NCBI GenBank assembly: GCA_008632985.1
Contig: QPGO01000040.1
Location: 67,719 to 131,718 of the forward strand
DNA length: 64,000 nt
Reading direction: 5' to 3'
From: Psammoneis japonica
Lineage: Eukaryota
Shown here: positions 24,480-38,000 of the stretch, in pieces
Numbering within the stretch: the stretch's first letter is position 1
Layout: every line of letters begins with the position of its first letter
Program-made: the position numbers and the translations under genes
The notes under the pieces: generated by a model
Databases searched by the model: none
What the model was told of the DNA's origin: nothing
Seen by the model: the letters and a program-made list of their open reading frames with translations, nothing else

Positions 24480-25750
24480 GTGTTTTTTGTGAGCGCATCA
24501 TGTGTGGTCCTCCAGCTCATGTTTTGTGGTGCTTTTTGCCAAAACCATCCCAACATGCCCACATTGAGAGATGTGCCACGACATTGCTGGCAAAAACTTC
24601 CAGCAATGACGACCCATTCTTGTGTGACCAGCACATTGCTGCCTCGTCGGTTCTTGTTGCTGACAAAGTTGTTTCTCATTTGGGTGCTCTCACAACTTCT
24701 GAGTTGCTCATCAGCTCACGGTCCACAAAAAAATCACCAACTTTGTCTCCTTGCTTTTGCTGCTGCCACGAGTGTTGTGTTGCCCTCAACATGAGGGCCG
24801 GCCTGCTTTTTGCCTTGTGTGCTTGTTGCTTGTTGATGCGGCAAAGCTCTGCTGTGTGCTGGTGCACCTCATGAGCTGAGGCAGCAACAGCAACCAACAG
24901 CAGCATTGGACAACAAACTCCCATTGTTTGGGGGATTAAAGTCACCATCATGATGCAGCAAATGTGGTGCCAGTCATTCTGGTCTTTTGAGCTGCTCTTC
25001 AAAATCTCTTGACAAAAACCAACAGTTTGGTGTGATGCACCTCAGCAGTCGCTCACCCAGAAGAGCTTCACAGCCCTTGACTTTGGTGTGAATGGGAAAA
25101 GGAGGAGGCACACCAGCAGCTGCAAAAAAGCTGCAAAAAAATGACAGAAATGCACAAACCATTTTTCGGTGTGTTTGAGATTTTTTGACGCCAGTCAACA
25201 CAACAGACCTGGTCCAGTGAATGATGGGATGATGTGCATGACTGAACTGATGAAGATTCTCATCTGCCAAACTTTTGCGTTGCTCTCATTTTCCTTTGTG
25301 CCCTTCCTCCACTCAAGACTGTTTTGCTGCAAAAGCTGCATCAAACTCTCGCTTTTGCTGTGCTCAAAGTTAGCATCATGGCACAGCGGTTGCCAGCACC
25401 TCCAGTCATGAGCCACACTCCCAAAACTCTCAAGTGCCTGAAGTTTGGCCTGGTGCACCTTGGCACCCCCCAACCACAACCACTCAAAGCCAGCGTTGAC
25501 CTCATGAATGTTTTGACCTGATTTCCACAGAAAAAAAAAAATAGCTGCAAGGAGAGAAAGCATGCAACAACAACAAAATGCCATTGGAAACGGGGGAAAT
25601 CACCAGCCATGTTTGTTCTGCCACAGCAGTGAACACAATGACATTGTTGCAGCTCTCTTGGTGTTGCACCTCTCTTGGTGGTGTTGCAGCGCCGATGTGA
25701 TGGTGGGTGCGGTTCGTGATGGCAAAAACATTCTCGAATTTTGCGCCAGC
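24480..25750. other. TpA/CpG-depleted hypermutated island 2 (unidentified repeat relic)
   Basis: Abrupt compositional switch like domain 1. The few surviving TpA are attaaa, gttagc and aatagc. No recognisable protein motif. Confidence 0.85.
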
Positions 25751-26050
25751 GCACATTAACGCGCGAAAACACACATTGTAGGATCCGCTATCTTGTGGTA
25801 AACAACGAGTAAACATGTGTTATAGAAAGGTATACAATGAGGAATGCAATGTCGCAAGCTCGGCTTTACGCAGCATGTGGCACAGTGTAAACAGACCGGC
25901 ACTGTCGTTTCTAGACTGACGCCGCCGGCCAAGGACGTTGGTCAATCCATCGACGATGACTTGAATTACTGACGTAACGTGGAAGTAACGCATGGACGTA
26001 TCATGAATTCATCGCACTCCAAAGCCGCAGCAGTGGCCCTCACCAAGAAC

Positions 26051-28377
26051 CTAAAAATTCTCCTTGTGAACGAGCAACCGACAAGTACATGCGACATCCT
26101 GTTTCTTTCTGGTAGCATACTGATGCTCGGCCTTGACACGCTGAGCAATGCGCTGGAGATTGGAAGCAATCGCTGGTGCACCACAAAAGAAGATACCAAC
26201 CGCCTTACCTTCGGCGTTTGTAGAATGCGCTCGTTCAATGGCATCCACGAGAATGCTCTCCCAGTCGGGACGTCCAGCATTAAGCGAATGATTCGAGCTG
26301 TAGCTTACAAAGGGATTCACTTGCTCAACATATTCTGGTTTGTCTCGAGTAGCATACAACTGAAGGGAATAGGCAGGAGACAAGTCTCGAACAGTTTCCA
26401 CCAGATCGGGTGCAGCGAAACTCATGCCTGAGTAATTGCGGGACACCCAAATGCCAGTGATTGAGTCAACCCTTGCAGATTGCTCATTTCGTTGAGTACA
26501 AGAGGATGCTTGGTCAATCTTGGGGGGACGAGCTGTCGCGTAGAAGATGAAAAAGATTCGAACGCCATGCAACAGCATAAAGAAGGCAAAGGAGATAAAA
26601 TATGCAATCGCCTCATTGCGACTTGGTGAATGAGCTGACGAAATAGACGTGCCAAGCGCCACGCCATCCACCAACACAATACCAAACTCCAAAAGGCCAA
26701 CAAATGCTACCAAGTACCGGCGACCATATGCCATCGTGGATAGCACAATCTTGGAACCAAACAAGACAAGAGCAATGCTGCTTGCAACAACTTCCATCAA
26801 TGCGCTTGTCCGGTTGTGGTCATAGAGCCACACGCCAAACACTGCAACCTCCATATACATGAAGAAGAGAAACATTATAATGTTCACGGTCATGGACTAG
26901 ATACTTGCATAGTAGGCAGCCTTGGCTTTGACGGAGGCAAACTGTCGACCAGCAAAGCTCACCACGTCCACGTGAGCCAAATCCGTACTTTCAACAAGAC
27001 GCTTCTCGTCGAGCTGAGCCGGTAACCGCTCAAGACTCTTTCCGCGCTTCCCGGAGCTTCCAACATACTGGGTCGCATCTGGGTTTGACACAAGCTTTGA
27101 TCCAGCCGAGACAAGGTGATTCCAAACCGAAAGCAGTGGGGTGACGCCGATACCGGATCCAATGGCAATAATGTGCCGATAAGCAACATAATTCTGAGCT
27201 GGAGCACCATACGGGCCTCTCAACCTGATAGACGACAGAACGGGGGCATCAGCCTGACTCGTGGCTTGTAATGCTGCCAGATCACAGAGGGCTTTCGTCC
27301 ACCGTCCAACTGCCTTGATGTAAAACACGACTTCTCCGTTTTCGTTTGGGGCACTGGCGATAGTGAAGGGATGCCATTCGTATCGTGACAACTGAGGAAT
27401 CTTCAATTCAGCATACTGTCCTGGTTCATATCGAAAGCTGCTGCACTGAACAATCATCTTGACAACGGTTTCGTCGCCATCCCGGTGGGTACTCAAATGA
27501 ATTACACCTGCATTCTTGGCGACAAAGACGGAACGTCGCATTAGACAGTCGAATCCATACACGAAAATTGGAAACGCCATGAAATACAACGTAATGGGTT
27601 CCCCTCGAATGGTTCCATGAATTAACAACAAGGGCAACGCCGAGATGATGCCAATGATATGAGTGATCCAAAAGATACGAAAGCCAATGGTAGTGTGGCG
27701 AACATATTCCAACGTCGTCACGTAAAACAGCCCAAACACGACAAACAGGATAATGCCAGTAATCAACAACTGTCGCGTCGCAAACCCATCGCCCCATGTC
27801 CAAATGGGACCACCGTCGTTGATTTTGATCTCCTCTGTGGCATAGTTTATAATCTGAGAGGCGGTTAGAAAGAGAAAAGAATGATTGGCAAGTTCAGAGA
27901 GTGCACAACATTGTCCTTGGTTTTCATTACCTGCGGGATCGAATGCACGATGCATCCCATGACTATGACTGTAGCAGCAATAATGCGATGATAATAGGGC
28001 ATGACTTTGTCCACAGGAAAGCCCAGCTGAATGGGCGTGAGTCGAACACGTGTCCAGAGGTACTTGCAGCCCGTAATGAGAATAAGCGCTGAGTTCCACG
28101 TCACCAGTCGTCCAGCAGCACGTGCAATCGGGAGGGTGATTCTCAACACATTACTGTCAGTCGTCCATTTAGGTTCGGTGAACTCCCAGGCGCCCCAGAC
28201 AGCCATACAGGCATTGACCGCCATGAGCATTCCCAACGCCGCGAGGTTTGCTCCATGATTGAAGAAGAACGCCTCCGAAGCTGCCCAGCGTCTTGCAGCA
28301 GAGTTCGACAATGTCGCATCGGTTGTAGAAGATTCATTCATGTTGTCTGCCTCTCCAAAGACGATGGCATCGTGCAT
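26051..28377 (-). CDS. NADPH oxidase / ferric reductase-like (RBOH-type) gene with extra TM helices in the NADPH domain; intron 27854-27930; in-frame TAG at 26897-26899 (possible pseudogene)
   Basis: Motifs PIARAAGRLVTWN, haem-ligand His (YYHR, HSIPQ, WITH, LIHG), PGQY, EWHPFTIASAP, RGPYGAP, GSGIGVTP, GRPDW, GIFFCGAP and terminal HKENF. The 5' end may extend further upstream. Confidence 0.85.
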
Positions 28378-30430
28378 GAGGGTTTCGTCTCGTGTGCGCT
28401 ACTGTGCCGGTACCGGTATGAATTGTGAGAGAAGAAAATAGTCTTCAAGTTGAAGGTGTCAAATCGTGACAGCACATTGAACATGATGCTTCTCATCCTG
28501 GTCTGCGGTCACGATTCCTGTCGACACACAGACGCCGACGGACCAGCGACGAGCGACGCGGTACGGGTGAGCTCTCTACTCTCTTAGCAGCTACTAACTA
28601 AGCTAGCTAGTAGCTACTACTCTCTCTAGAGCTAGAGAGTAGACTTCCCCAGATGCCATGCAGGCTTCGGGTAAAGACGGGCGAAACTCTCTCTCTCGCT
28701 CTCTCGTGTCTGCAATGATGCTCATCATGTCCTTCTGGATGGCACTGAAAGCAAGACAGCCTTTTCTCTTCTTGCGTCGGTGCTGTTGTCACAGGTTTCT
28801 CCATAAGTCGGAGAGCCTTATCTCTCTTCATAGGTAGTCGAAAAATCTAAGAAAAGAGTCCCCGCAAAGATGGTGTATGCAAGGCATTGGAAGTAGAGGT
28901 AGTTTGCATTACCTGAGGCAGTCTCTACAGCCACAACCAGCATGCGACGCCATGGACATTTGTGGCATCGTTCGAGTGGACAACAGCATCAAACAAAGGC
29001 CAAAAACAAAGTCGTGCAGTGTGGATACGGGTCGGAAAGACCGACCACAATGATGCAACCTACAATCATCGACAAACCAAAAGCTGTGGCGCAACACATT
29101 GAGACAAAACACATCTTCGCATCGGCACGGAACTCCTGTTGTTTTCTCAGCAGGGCGATTGGATTTCAATGAAATCACACCGTCAAGGGTACAACAAAGA
29201 GATACGATAGACCATTGACCGTTATGACAAAGTAGAGTCGGAACCTTTGGAACATTTGCACGCAAAAATACCATTACATGCCAAGATTCGGGCCGAGATC
29301 GTACGTACCATCCCAGTTCATGGCCAGTCATCGATCGGATAACGTGCCACCATGAATCTCCGACCAAGACAAAGGATAAAACTCGGAGGCTCCATAAAAA
29401 AAAAAGCATCTAATCAAAACTATGAACGGGACCGGCAAGCGAAACGAATTGTAAGAGTTGAGAATTTCCACCCGAGATCAGCAGGTACTCTTCCATGAAT
29501 GGTCTTGCCGACAGGGTTCCGATCTTTGTCCGTCTTTGATGCCCGCTTGCGACCTATTATTTTTGTCAGGGTGATCTCGAGGTGTAGGTTCCAAAGATGT
29601 GAGCACGTGGTGGTTTATGGTGGTAGGCATTCTTCGCTGCAAGCTTTCTTCTCGTTTATCAATCGTCTTTAAAAGATGCAATCCTATTCTTTGCAACTCG
29701 TGATCAAGGAAAAAGTCAATAACGAGCAAAAATACATCCCCCATCAAATCCAAAGTCCATGGATAAATTCGCCTCAGTACCATGTATACACGCGGTGGAA
29801 GATGCAGACGAGATCCGTGATAAGCGTCTTGAAGTATATTTTCCGTTGACAGTTGTTGGATCGCATAACTCTCCAATTGCATGCTCAAGAGTTTCGTTGG
29901 GCCAAATAATGAGAGACTGCAAAGCGGGTCTCATCATCAGAAAGCACTGTATGGCAAACCAAAAAAAAAGGACGGCGCCTTCCAAAGAAAAATGTTGCAA
30001 GTCTGACGAAAGTTCTGGCCATCGTAAACTATGACACAGTAAATCTTGGTTGCATCGGACGAGAAACATTCTCTTTATTTGTACTGTCCCACTCCCGTTG
30101 CTCGTCATGCTACCACCGCCGATTTGGTGCGGTGTTTACGCCATGTTGTTCGATGTCGGTGGGTCGGTGGGCGAGCGCGGAGAGACGAGCGAGAAAAACG
30201 GCTGCGTGGAGTAGCACGTTCGGCTAAGCTCGATACGTGCACCAACCGCGCCTAAATAACTAACGCGAAACTTTCTTTGAACATCAATTCAACGCGTCCG
30301 TCTAGCGATAACGGCTCACGCCACGTAGATTTCTACGTGGTTTGTACCAAGTTGCCTCCATTGCAGACAGAATCTTTCTCGTTCGAAGGCTCTCACAATT
30401 TCTGAATTGCTCGTCAGTTCACAGTCCACC

Positions 30431-31498
30431 ATGAAAATCATGAACTTTATCCTTGCCATCATTGCCGCCATGAGCGCTGGTGCCATCGTCAGTCCACTCT
30501 CTGCCTCGTTTGTTGATACGGCAAAGCGCTGCGTTAGCGCCGTGTCGATCAAGGCTACCACGGCGACCGACAGCATCGCCACGATCAAACAAGAGCTCCT
30601 ACGCAAGTTTTTGGACAACGCCATTCCTTCAGATATCGATACTACCTCCAGCTACTACCATGACATCATCAGCAATGCTGATCCCAGCACTATTCCCTTC
30701 GAAAACGCCATCATCACTTCCAGCTCTTGCGTTTCTTTTGACGACTCCGACAAGTCTCCGGGTCGCGTCCAAGAACTCCTACGCAATACCACGCCCACGA
30801 TTGTACCAGAAGAAGATGCCAACGAGTATTGCGTCTATGACTACTTTGTACCGGACAACAATGGCGACTCCAACGGCGGTAGCCTCCAGCAACTTTTTCG
30901 CAACACCACTCCCGTCAACACGATTCAGACCAAGGCAGTCCCGTTCCAAGATACGTTCACGATATTTTTGGAGATCCAGTCGGCCTTCTTGTCGGACACA
31001 TACAACACTTTTTTGGAGTCCAAGTCGGAAGTCTTTCATCTTTGGTACAAACTTGTAGACGTATTTTCGAACGACGTCATGGTGCAAATCCAAACTCAGG
31101 CTCGTCGCGTTCTTCAGGAACTCGATATTTTTTTGCCCTTTCGGAACCCAATCTTGTCTAACGGTCTCTCTGAGATCAAATCGAATGTTGGACATTGGGG
31201 GAAGAGAGTTGTGGAGATTGCAAAGACTCGAACGAACCTGCTATTTGAAGAGGCGTCGCTATTTCTGTGCCCAATTTTGTCTGACTGTCGCTCTACGATT
31301 GAGTGGAAAGCCAAATATTGGGGAACAAGAGTTTTAGATACGTCGATTCATGCAATGAACGTTCTTCAAGATTCTGTGCCATTTTTGAAACCCCGTGAAG
31401 GACCCGAGAATGCTGTTGAGGTTACGGCATCTGCAATTGGAAGTTTGTTTACGATGTTGAAACAAATCAGGCTCGCCTTTCGAATCGGTGCTTTTTAA
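30431..31498 (+). CDS. Hypothetical protein with N-terminal signal peptide (secreted or plastid-targeted)
   Basis: Long ORF with MKIMNFILAIIAAMSAGAIVSPLSASF and a short internal repeat (QELLRNTTP / QQLFRNTTP). No domain recognised. Confidence 0.65.
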   Translation: MKIMNFILAIIAAMSAGAIVSPLSASFVDTAKRCVSAVSIKATTATDSIATIKQELLRKFLDNAIPSDIDTTSSYYHDIISNADPSTIPFENAIITSSSCVSFDDSDKSPGRVQELLRNTTPTIVPEEDANEYCVYDYFVPDNNGDSNGGSLQQLFRNTTPVNTIQTKAVPFQDTFTIFLEIQSAFLSDTYNTFLESKSEVFHLWYKLVDVFSNDVMVQIQTQARRVLQELDIFLPFRNPILSNGLSEIKSNVGHWGKRVVEIAKTRTNLLFEEASLFLCPILSDCRSTIEWKAKYWGTRVLDTSIHAMNVLQDSVPFLKPREGPENAVEVTASAIGSLFTMLKQIRLAFRIGAF

Positions 31499-32007
31499 GT
31501 ACCTGGAAACATTGGATATTAGACTAGGTGGGAGAAAATGCAATCGAGAAGTTAGTGAGTCTCGAGTAGCATCGAGGGGATATATGTTATTAGTTAGCTT
31601 TGAGCAGAAAGTATAGTACAAAATATTAATCATTGTCGTTCGCTTTCCTACCGTAGAGTTTTCCACTTCGACTACCATCCTAACACCACTTTATGTAGAT
31701 AGCTCTACCGAGACAGAGTAGAGCTAGCAGACTTGTAGCTAGAAATGGAAGCCACCCTCTAGCTAGTTGTGTATGTGTAGGCCCTACCCCGTATTCATAA
31801 TTGCCAGCATCCCATCAAGGGCACATCATGTATGTGACAGTGAAACGGTGCTACTGTATTCCCCAGCAAGTAGGCTACTTGTACCGTTGTTGGTAAAGGA
31901 CCGCTGCAGTACAGTAGTAGTAGGATAATCCAAATCAGTAGCAATAACAAATTAAAGTGTGGTATTATTTTTCATTCACATCAAATTACAGCGTCGCTTG
32001 ACGCAAT

Positions 32008-35000
32008 TCACGGCGTATATCGATTCCAATAGCCAGTCTGCGCCGAATGCGCATCCGAACATTCATCCACGTAGACCTCTTCACCTGGTTTGGGATGATG
32101 ATGCTGACTCAAACAACCGGCAAAGCTTTTGGGAATGATTTCAAATCGTGGCTCGTCAAATTGGCCCTTCCACAGTTGTCGGTCGTTGGAGCTGCAGATT
32201 TGAACCTCGACATCGCGACTGTTGACACGTTCCAAACAAAAGTTGGTTCCGACAATTTGGATTTGAACGGCACCACCCGATTGAGGTGAAAAGAGAAACT
32301 CTGTTGAAGTAATCTCGCACTCGTCCACAATAATGAGTGCACCAACATGACAATAGGGATCGCAGTCCATGCACCAAGGAATTTCGGCGTAATAATCTTG
32401 CCAACCATAACCTTGCTCCCAATAGAGCTTTAGGAAAAAAGGATCGTTGGCACCAAAGCTTTTAATCAAAGCTAAAGGATCGTAGTCGGAATCGTCATAA
32501 CAATAATCATAGCTTGGAGCTCCGTAGCCTCGACAACCAGGAACTTCTTCAAAAACACCACTACGCTGATAACATTTCAAAGAGCCCTCGCACTCGAGGT
32601 TGGTATCACAGTCGCCTTGACAACGACCAAGCGGGGCAAGAGGGGGGTTGGCTACTTGTTGCAACACAATCCTATAGTCCTCGGAATCATAACAGTAGTC
32701 AGTACCAGGAACCCCTTGTCCGTCACAACCTGGAATAGAAGCAACACTCCCTCCGTTACGCTGAAAGCAAACGAGATCTCCACTGCAATCCGAGTCGTTG
32801 TCACAGCTACAAGTACATAGTTGCATCAAACAATGGCAACATGACAAAAGTAGTGAGTGAGCAAAGCATAAACCAAAAGCAACGGTGTTGGGGAAAACAA
32901 AAGGAGAGAAACTTACTCTCCCTCGCAACGATTCAATAGAGAATTGGGAGGATTGCCCAACCAAACCAACGGTATGTTGGGATTAACATCTCCGGCATCG
33001 CCGTCAGGATCATAACAATAATCAGTATTCTCGGATCCTTCGCCATCGCATCCGGGAACAGGATTAAGTCCCAAGCGAGCATAGCACAATAATCCGCCGA
33101 TGCAATCATGGTCGCCATCACAGCTATTCAAGTCGCAAAACAAGAAGAAACACATAAGTGCGGCAAACATAATGAGTGATTCACACAAGAATTAGCAAGC
33201 TAGAAAAAAAATAAGTCGATATTTTCACTCACTCTCCCTGACAACGATCGAGTGGTGTAAGTGGCGGGTTTCCGATATCTGTCAACACCGCTGAAGGGCC
33301 CGTGGGTGGTGACGGAGGAGGCGTTGCTGGTGGAGGTAGTGGTGTTGGCGAAGATGTGGGTGAAGGTGTTTCTGGTGTCAAGGTTGGAGAAACAGTCACG
33401 GGAGCGGAGGTGGGGGAGGATGTCTCGGGAGTCGATGTTGGTGAACCAGTCTCGGGAGATAAAGTAGGTGAGGATGTCTCGGGAGTTGATGTTGGCGAAT
33501 CAGTCTCGGGAACCAAAGTAGGTGAGGATGTCTCGGGAGTTGATGTTGGCGAATCAGTCTCGGGAGCTAAAGTAGGTGAGGATGTCTCGGGAGCGGAAGT
33601 AGGGGAGGATGTCTCGGAGGCCGCTGTCGGCGAGCTAGTCTCGTTAGGGAGTGAAGTTGTCGTTGGTGACGAAGTCTCCGGGGTTGTCGGTGAGGCTGTT
33701 TCAGGATCCACTGTTGGTGCCGAGGTGAGTTCGGGTGACATAGTCGGGGATAACGAAGCTGGAGCCGGTGACAAGGAATCGGGCAATGGAGGCGGAGGCG
33801 GAGGTGCCGGATCTATGGACGGAATAGGAGGAGGTTGAATGTCAGGGGCTGAATTGGAGGTAGGAGCAGGGCCGTCAATTGGATCATAGCAATCTATGAT
33901 GAGAAAGCAACGGAAAGAGGTTAGTGTCTAAAGCACTAGGACAAACGGAACACCCAAAACACGTCACGACACTTGCAGTCCAATTCCGCTTCTCCGTCAC
34001 CAGTGCAGCCCTGCAGTCACAAGACCAAATGAAGGAATTTGAGAGACGAAAACGACAAGGAAACAGACCCTACATCATTTTACATCACTTACAGGAACGC
34101 TATTAGTGCCTTGGCGGAAGAAGCAGCGGAGGCCGCCAACACAATCAAGGTCTGAGTCGCAGTCGCCACGGCAACGGTCCAAAGGGCCAGGAGGAGGGTT
34201 GCCTTCATTGATTAGCTCCAACACAGAGTTCCCAGTGAAAGTAGGTGGCGGCGGCGGCGGTGGTGCACTAATAGACGTAGGAAACTGAGTAGTTGGAGCA
34301 AGAGTGTCGGCTTGGTCAACGCAATAGTCCCAGTCCACCGCTCCTGCTCCGTCACTTCCTTCGCATCCAGGAACAGGATCGAGGCCGTCCCTAAAGTAAC
34401 ACACGTATCCGCTGGCACAGTCCTCGTCCCTGTCACAATCTCCTTGACATTTTGAAAGAAGCGCGTTAGGAGGATTCCCCACGTTGACTAGATCCCCGTA
34501 ATCGTCGTATCCATCTCCACCAGGCGGCGGTGGGGGTGCCGGAAGGTTATTGTCGCTATTAGGAGATGGTGGTGGGGGTGGTACTAGCACAAACTCTTCT
34601 TCATAACAATAATCCCATCCCTGCCTTCCGTCGCCTGAGCAACCCGGTACCTAAAGGATTCAAAAAGCAATAGAGTGAGCACAACCGCGGATGCAGGCTC
34701 AACATAGATAACTGTAATGCCTTACTGTTGTAAATCCGTTGCGAAGAAAGCATTTTAGGGTACCAACACAATCGCTGTCGCTGTCACAGTCTCCTTCGCA
34801 TCGACCAAGCAACTGAAGCGGATCTCTATCCACATTTACAAGATTTATGTCGGTAGTATCTCCTTGCGGTGGCGGCGGCGGTGGTGCACTAATAGACGTA
34901 GGAAACTGAGTAGTTGGAGCAAGAGTGTCGGCTTGGTCAACGCAATAGTCCCAGTCCACCGCTCCTGCTCCGTCACTTCCTTCACATCCAGGAACAGGAT

Positions 35001-38000
35001 CGAGGCCGTCCCTAAAGTAACACACGTATCCGCTGGCACAGTCCTCGTCCCTGTCACAATCTCCTTGACATTTTGAAAGTAAGACGTTAGGAGGATTGCC
35101 CACATTGACTAGATCTCCGTAATCGTCGTATCCATCTCCACCAGGCGGCGGTGGGGGTGCCGGAAGGTTATTGTCGCTATTAGGAGATGGTGGTGGGGGT
35201 GGTACTAGCACAAACTCTTCTTCATAGCAATAATCCCATCCCTGCCTTCCGTCGCCTGAGCAACCCGGTACCTGAAGAATTCAAAAAGCAATAGAGTGAG
35301 CACAACCGCGGATGCAGGCTCAACATCAATAACTTCAATGCCTTACTGTTGTGAATCCGTTGCGAAGAAAACATTTTAGGGAACCAACACAATCGCTGTC
35401 GCTGTCACAATCACCTTCGCATCGACCAAGCAACTGAAGCGGATCTCTATCCACATTTACAAGATTTATGTCGGTAGTATCTCCTTGCGGTGGCGGCGGC
35501 GGTGGTGCACTAATAGACGTAGGAAACTGAGTAGTTGGAGCAAGAGTGTCGGCTTGGTCAACGCAATAGTCCCAGTCCACCGCTCCTGCTCCGTCACTTC
35601 CTTCACATCCAGGAACAGGATCGAGGCCGTCCCTAAAGTAACACACGTATCCGCTGGCACAGTCCTCGTCCCTGTCACAATCTCCTTGACATTTTGAAAG
35701 TAAGACGTTAGGAGGATTGCCCACATTGACTAGATCTCCGTAATCGTCGTATCCATCTCCACCAGGCGGCGGTGGGGGTGCCGGAAGGTTATTGTCGCTA
35801 TTAGGAGATGGTGGTGGGGGTGGTACTAGCACAAACTCTTCTTCATAGCAATAATCCCATCCCCGAACTCCGTCGCCTGAGCAACCCGGTACCTAAAGGA
35901 TTCAAAAAGCAATAGAGTGAGCGCCACCACGGATGCAAGCTCAACATAGATAACGTTAACGCCTTACTTTTGTGAATCCGGTGCGAAGAAAGCATTTAAG
36001 TTCGCCAACGCAGTCCTCGTCACTATCACAATCACCTTCGCATCGATAAAGAGACTGATTGGGGTTTGTACCCACATTGACCAGGTCTATGTCAGCGGTA
36101 TCCCCTTGTGGTGAAGGCGGCGGTGGAGTGGACACAGCATCTGGGTCAATGCAATAGTCCCATCCCTTCCTTCCATCGCCTGAACAGCCAGGTACCTTGA
36201 GGAGGAAAAAAAGATAGAGTTAGTTGTACCTCATGCAATATAAGCATCAACACTTCCGCTAGCCTTACGCTTGTGAATCCGGATCGTTGAAAGCACATTT
36301 CACTTTCGCAATCAGAGTTTTTATCGCAGTCTCCTCCACACAGTGGGATTGGAGTACCAGCCGGATTTGCAACACTTATCAATGGAGGGAAAGCGTTTAT
36401 TCTCCTTGGAGGTGATGGAGAAACAACAGTGCTGGATACGACATTCGCAACGGCCGCGGATGGGGGGACAACGGTGTTCGACATAGTTATGTCAGAAGGT
36501 GATGGCGTCGCAGAGATTTCACTCGGGTTAATGCAGTAGTCCCAATCGATGATACCATTAGCACTCCCACAGCCAGGCACCTGTTTTGTTCATAATAATT
36601 ACAAGAATGTACTGATTAGAGACGGCGGGATGATGTATTTGAAATGGCTGCATTTACTCACGGTGGTGTGTCCATTGCGAACAAAGCACACCAACGGAAA
36701 TTCACAATCGCTGTCGCTGTCGCAGTCCCCTTCGCACAAGCCAAGAATTGAATTGGCTGGGTTGGCTACATTAATCAACTCATTCACTTGGTCGCCTTGA
36801 GCTGACGTTGGATGAGGAGTGGGGTTGGAAGAAGGTGAAGGAGTTGGTGATGGCGTAGAGTCTGCATCCGGACTTATGCAGTAGTCCCAGTCGACGATAC
36901 CATTAGCACTCCCACAGCCAGGCACCTGTTTGGATTCATAATTAAAAAACGTACCGGTTAGAAACAGCGGGATGATGCATTTGACATGGCTGCATTTACT
37001 CACGGTGGTGTGTCCATTGCGAACAAAGCACACCAACGGAAATTCACAATCGCTGTCGCTATCGCAGTCCCCTTCGCACAAGCCAAGAATTGAATTGGCT
37101 GGGTTGGCTACATTAATCAACTCATTCACTTGGTCGCCTTGAGCTGACGTTGGAGGAGGAGTGGGGTTGGAAGAAGGTGAAGGAGTTGGTGATGGCGTAG
37201 AGTCTGCATCCGGACTTATGCAGTAGTCCCAGTCGACGATACCATTAGCACTCCCACAGCCAGGCACCTGTTTGGATTCATAATTAAAAAACGTACCGGT
37301 TAGAAACAGCGGGATGATGCATTTGACATGGCTGCATTTACTCACGGTGGTGTGTCCATTGCGAACAAAGCACACCAACGGAAATTCACAATCGCTGTCG
37401 CTATCGCAGTCCCCTTCGCACAAGCCAAGAATTGAATTGGCTGGGTTGGCTACATTAATCAACTCATTCACTTGGTCGCCTTGAGCTGACGTTGGAGGAG
37501 GAGTGGGGTTGGAAGAAGGTGAAGGAGTTGGTGATGGCGTAGAGTCTGCATCCGGACTTATGCAGTAGTCCCAGTCGACGATACCATTAGCACTCCCACA
37601 GCCAGGCACCTGTTTGGATTCATAATTAAAAAACGTACCGGTTAGAAACAGCGGGATGATGCATTTGACATGGCTGCATTTACTCACGGTGGTGTGTCCA
37701 TTGCGAACAAAGCACACCAACGGAAATTCACAATCGCTGTCGCTATCGCAGTCCCCTTCGCACAAGCCAAGAATTGAATTGGCTGGGTTGGCTACATTAA
37801 TCAACTCATTCACTTGGTCGCCTTGAGCTGACGTTGGAGGAGGAGTGGGGTTGGAAGAAGGTGAAGGAGTTGGTGATGGCGTAGCGTCTTCATCCGGACT
37901 TATGCAGTAGTCCCAGTCGACGATACCATTAGCACTCCCACAGCCAGGCACCTGTTTGGATTCATAATTGAAAAACGTACCGGTTAGAAACAGCGGGATG

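Noticed and set aside
28900..30250. Short minus-strand ORFs suggesting a pseudogene
   Set aside because: No recognisable domain and no consistent splice model.
33302..33838. Gly/Val/Glu repeat ORF on the plus strand
   Set aside because: Antisense of the PETSSPT linker exon of the frustulin-like gene.
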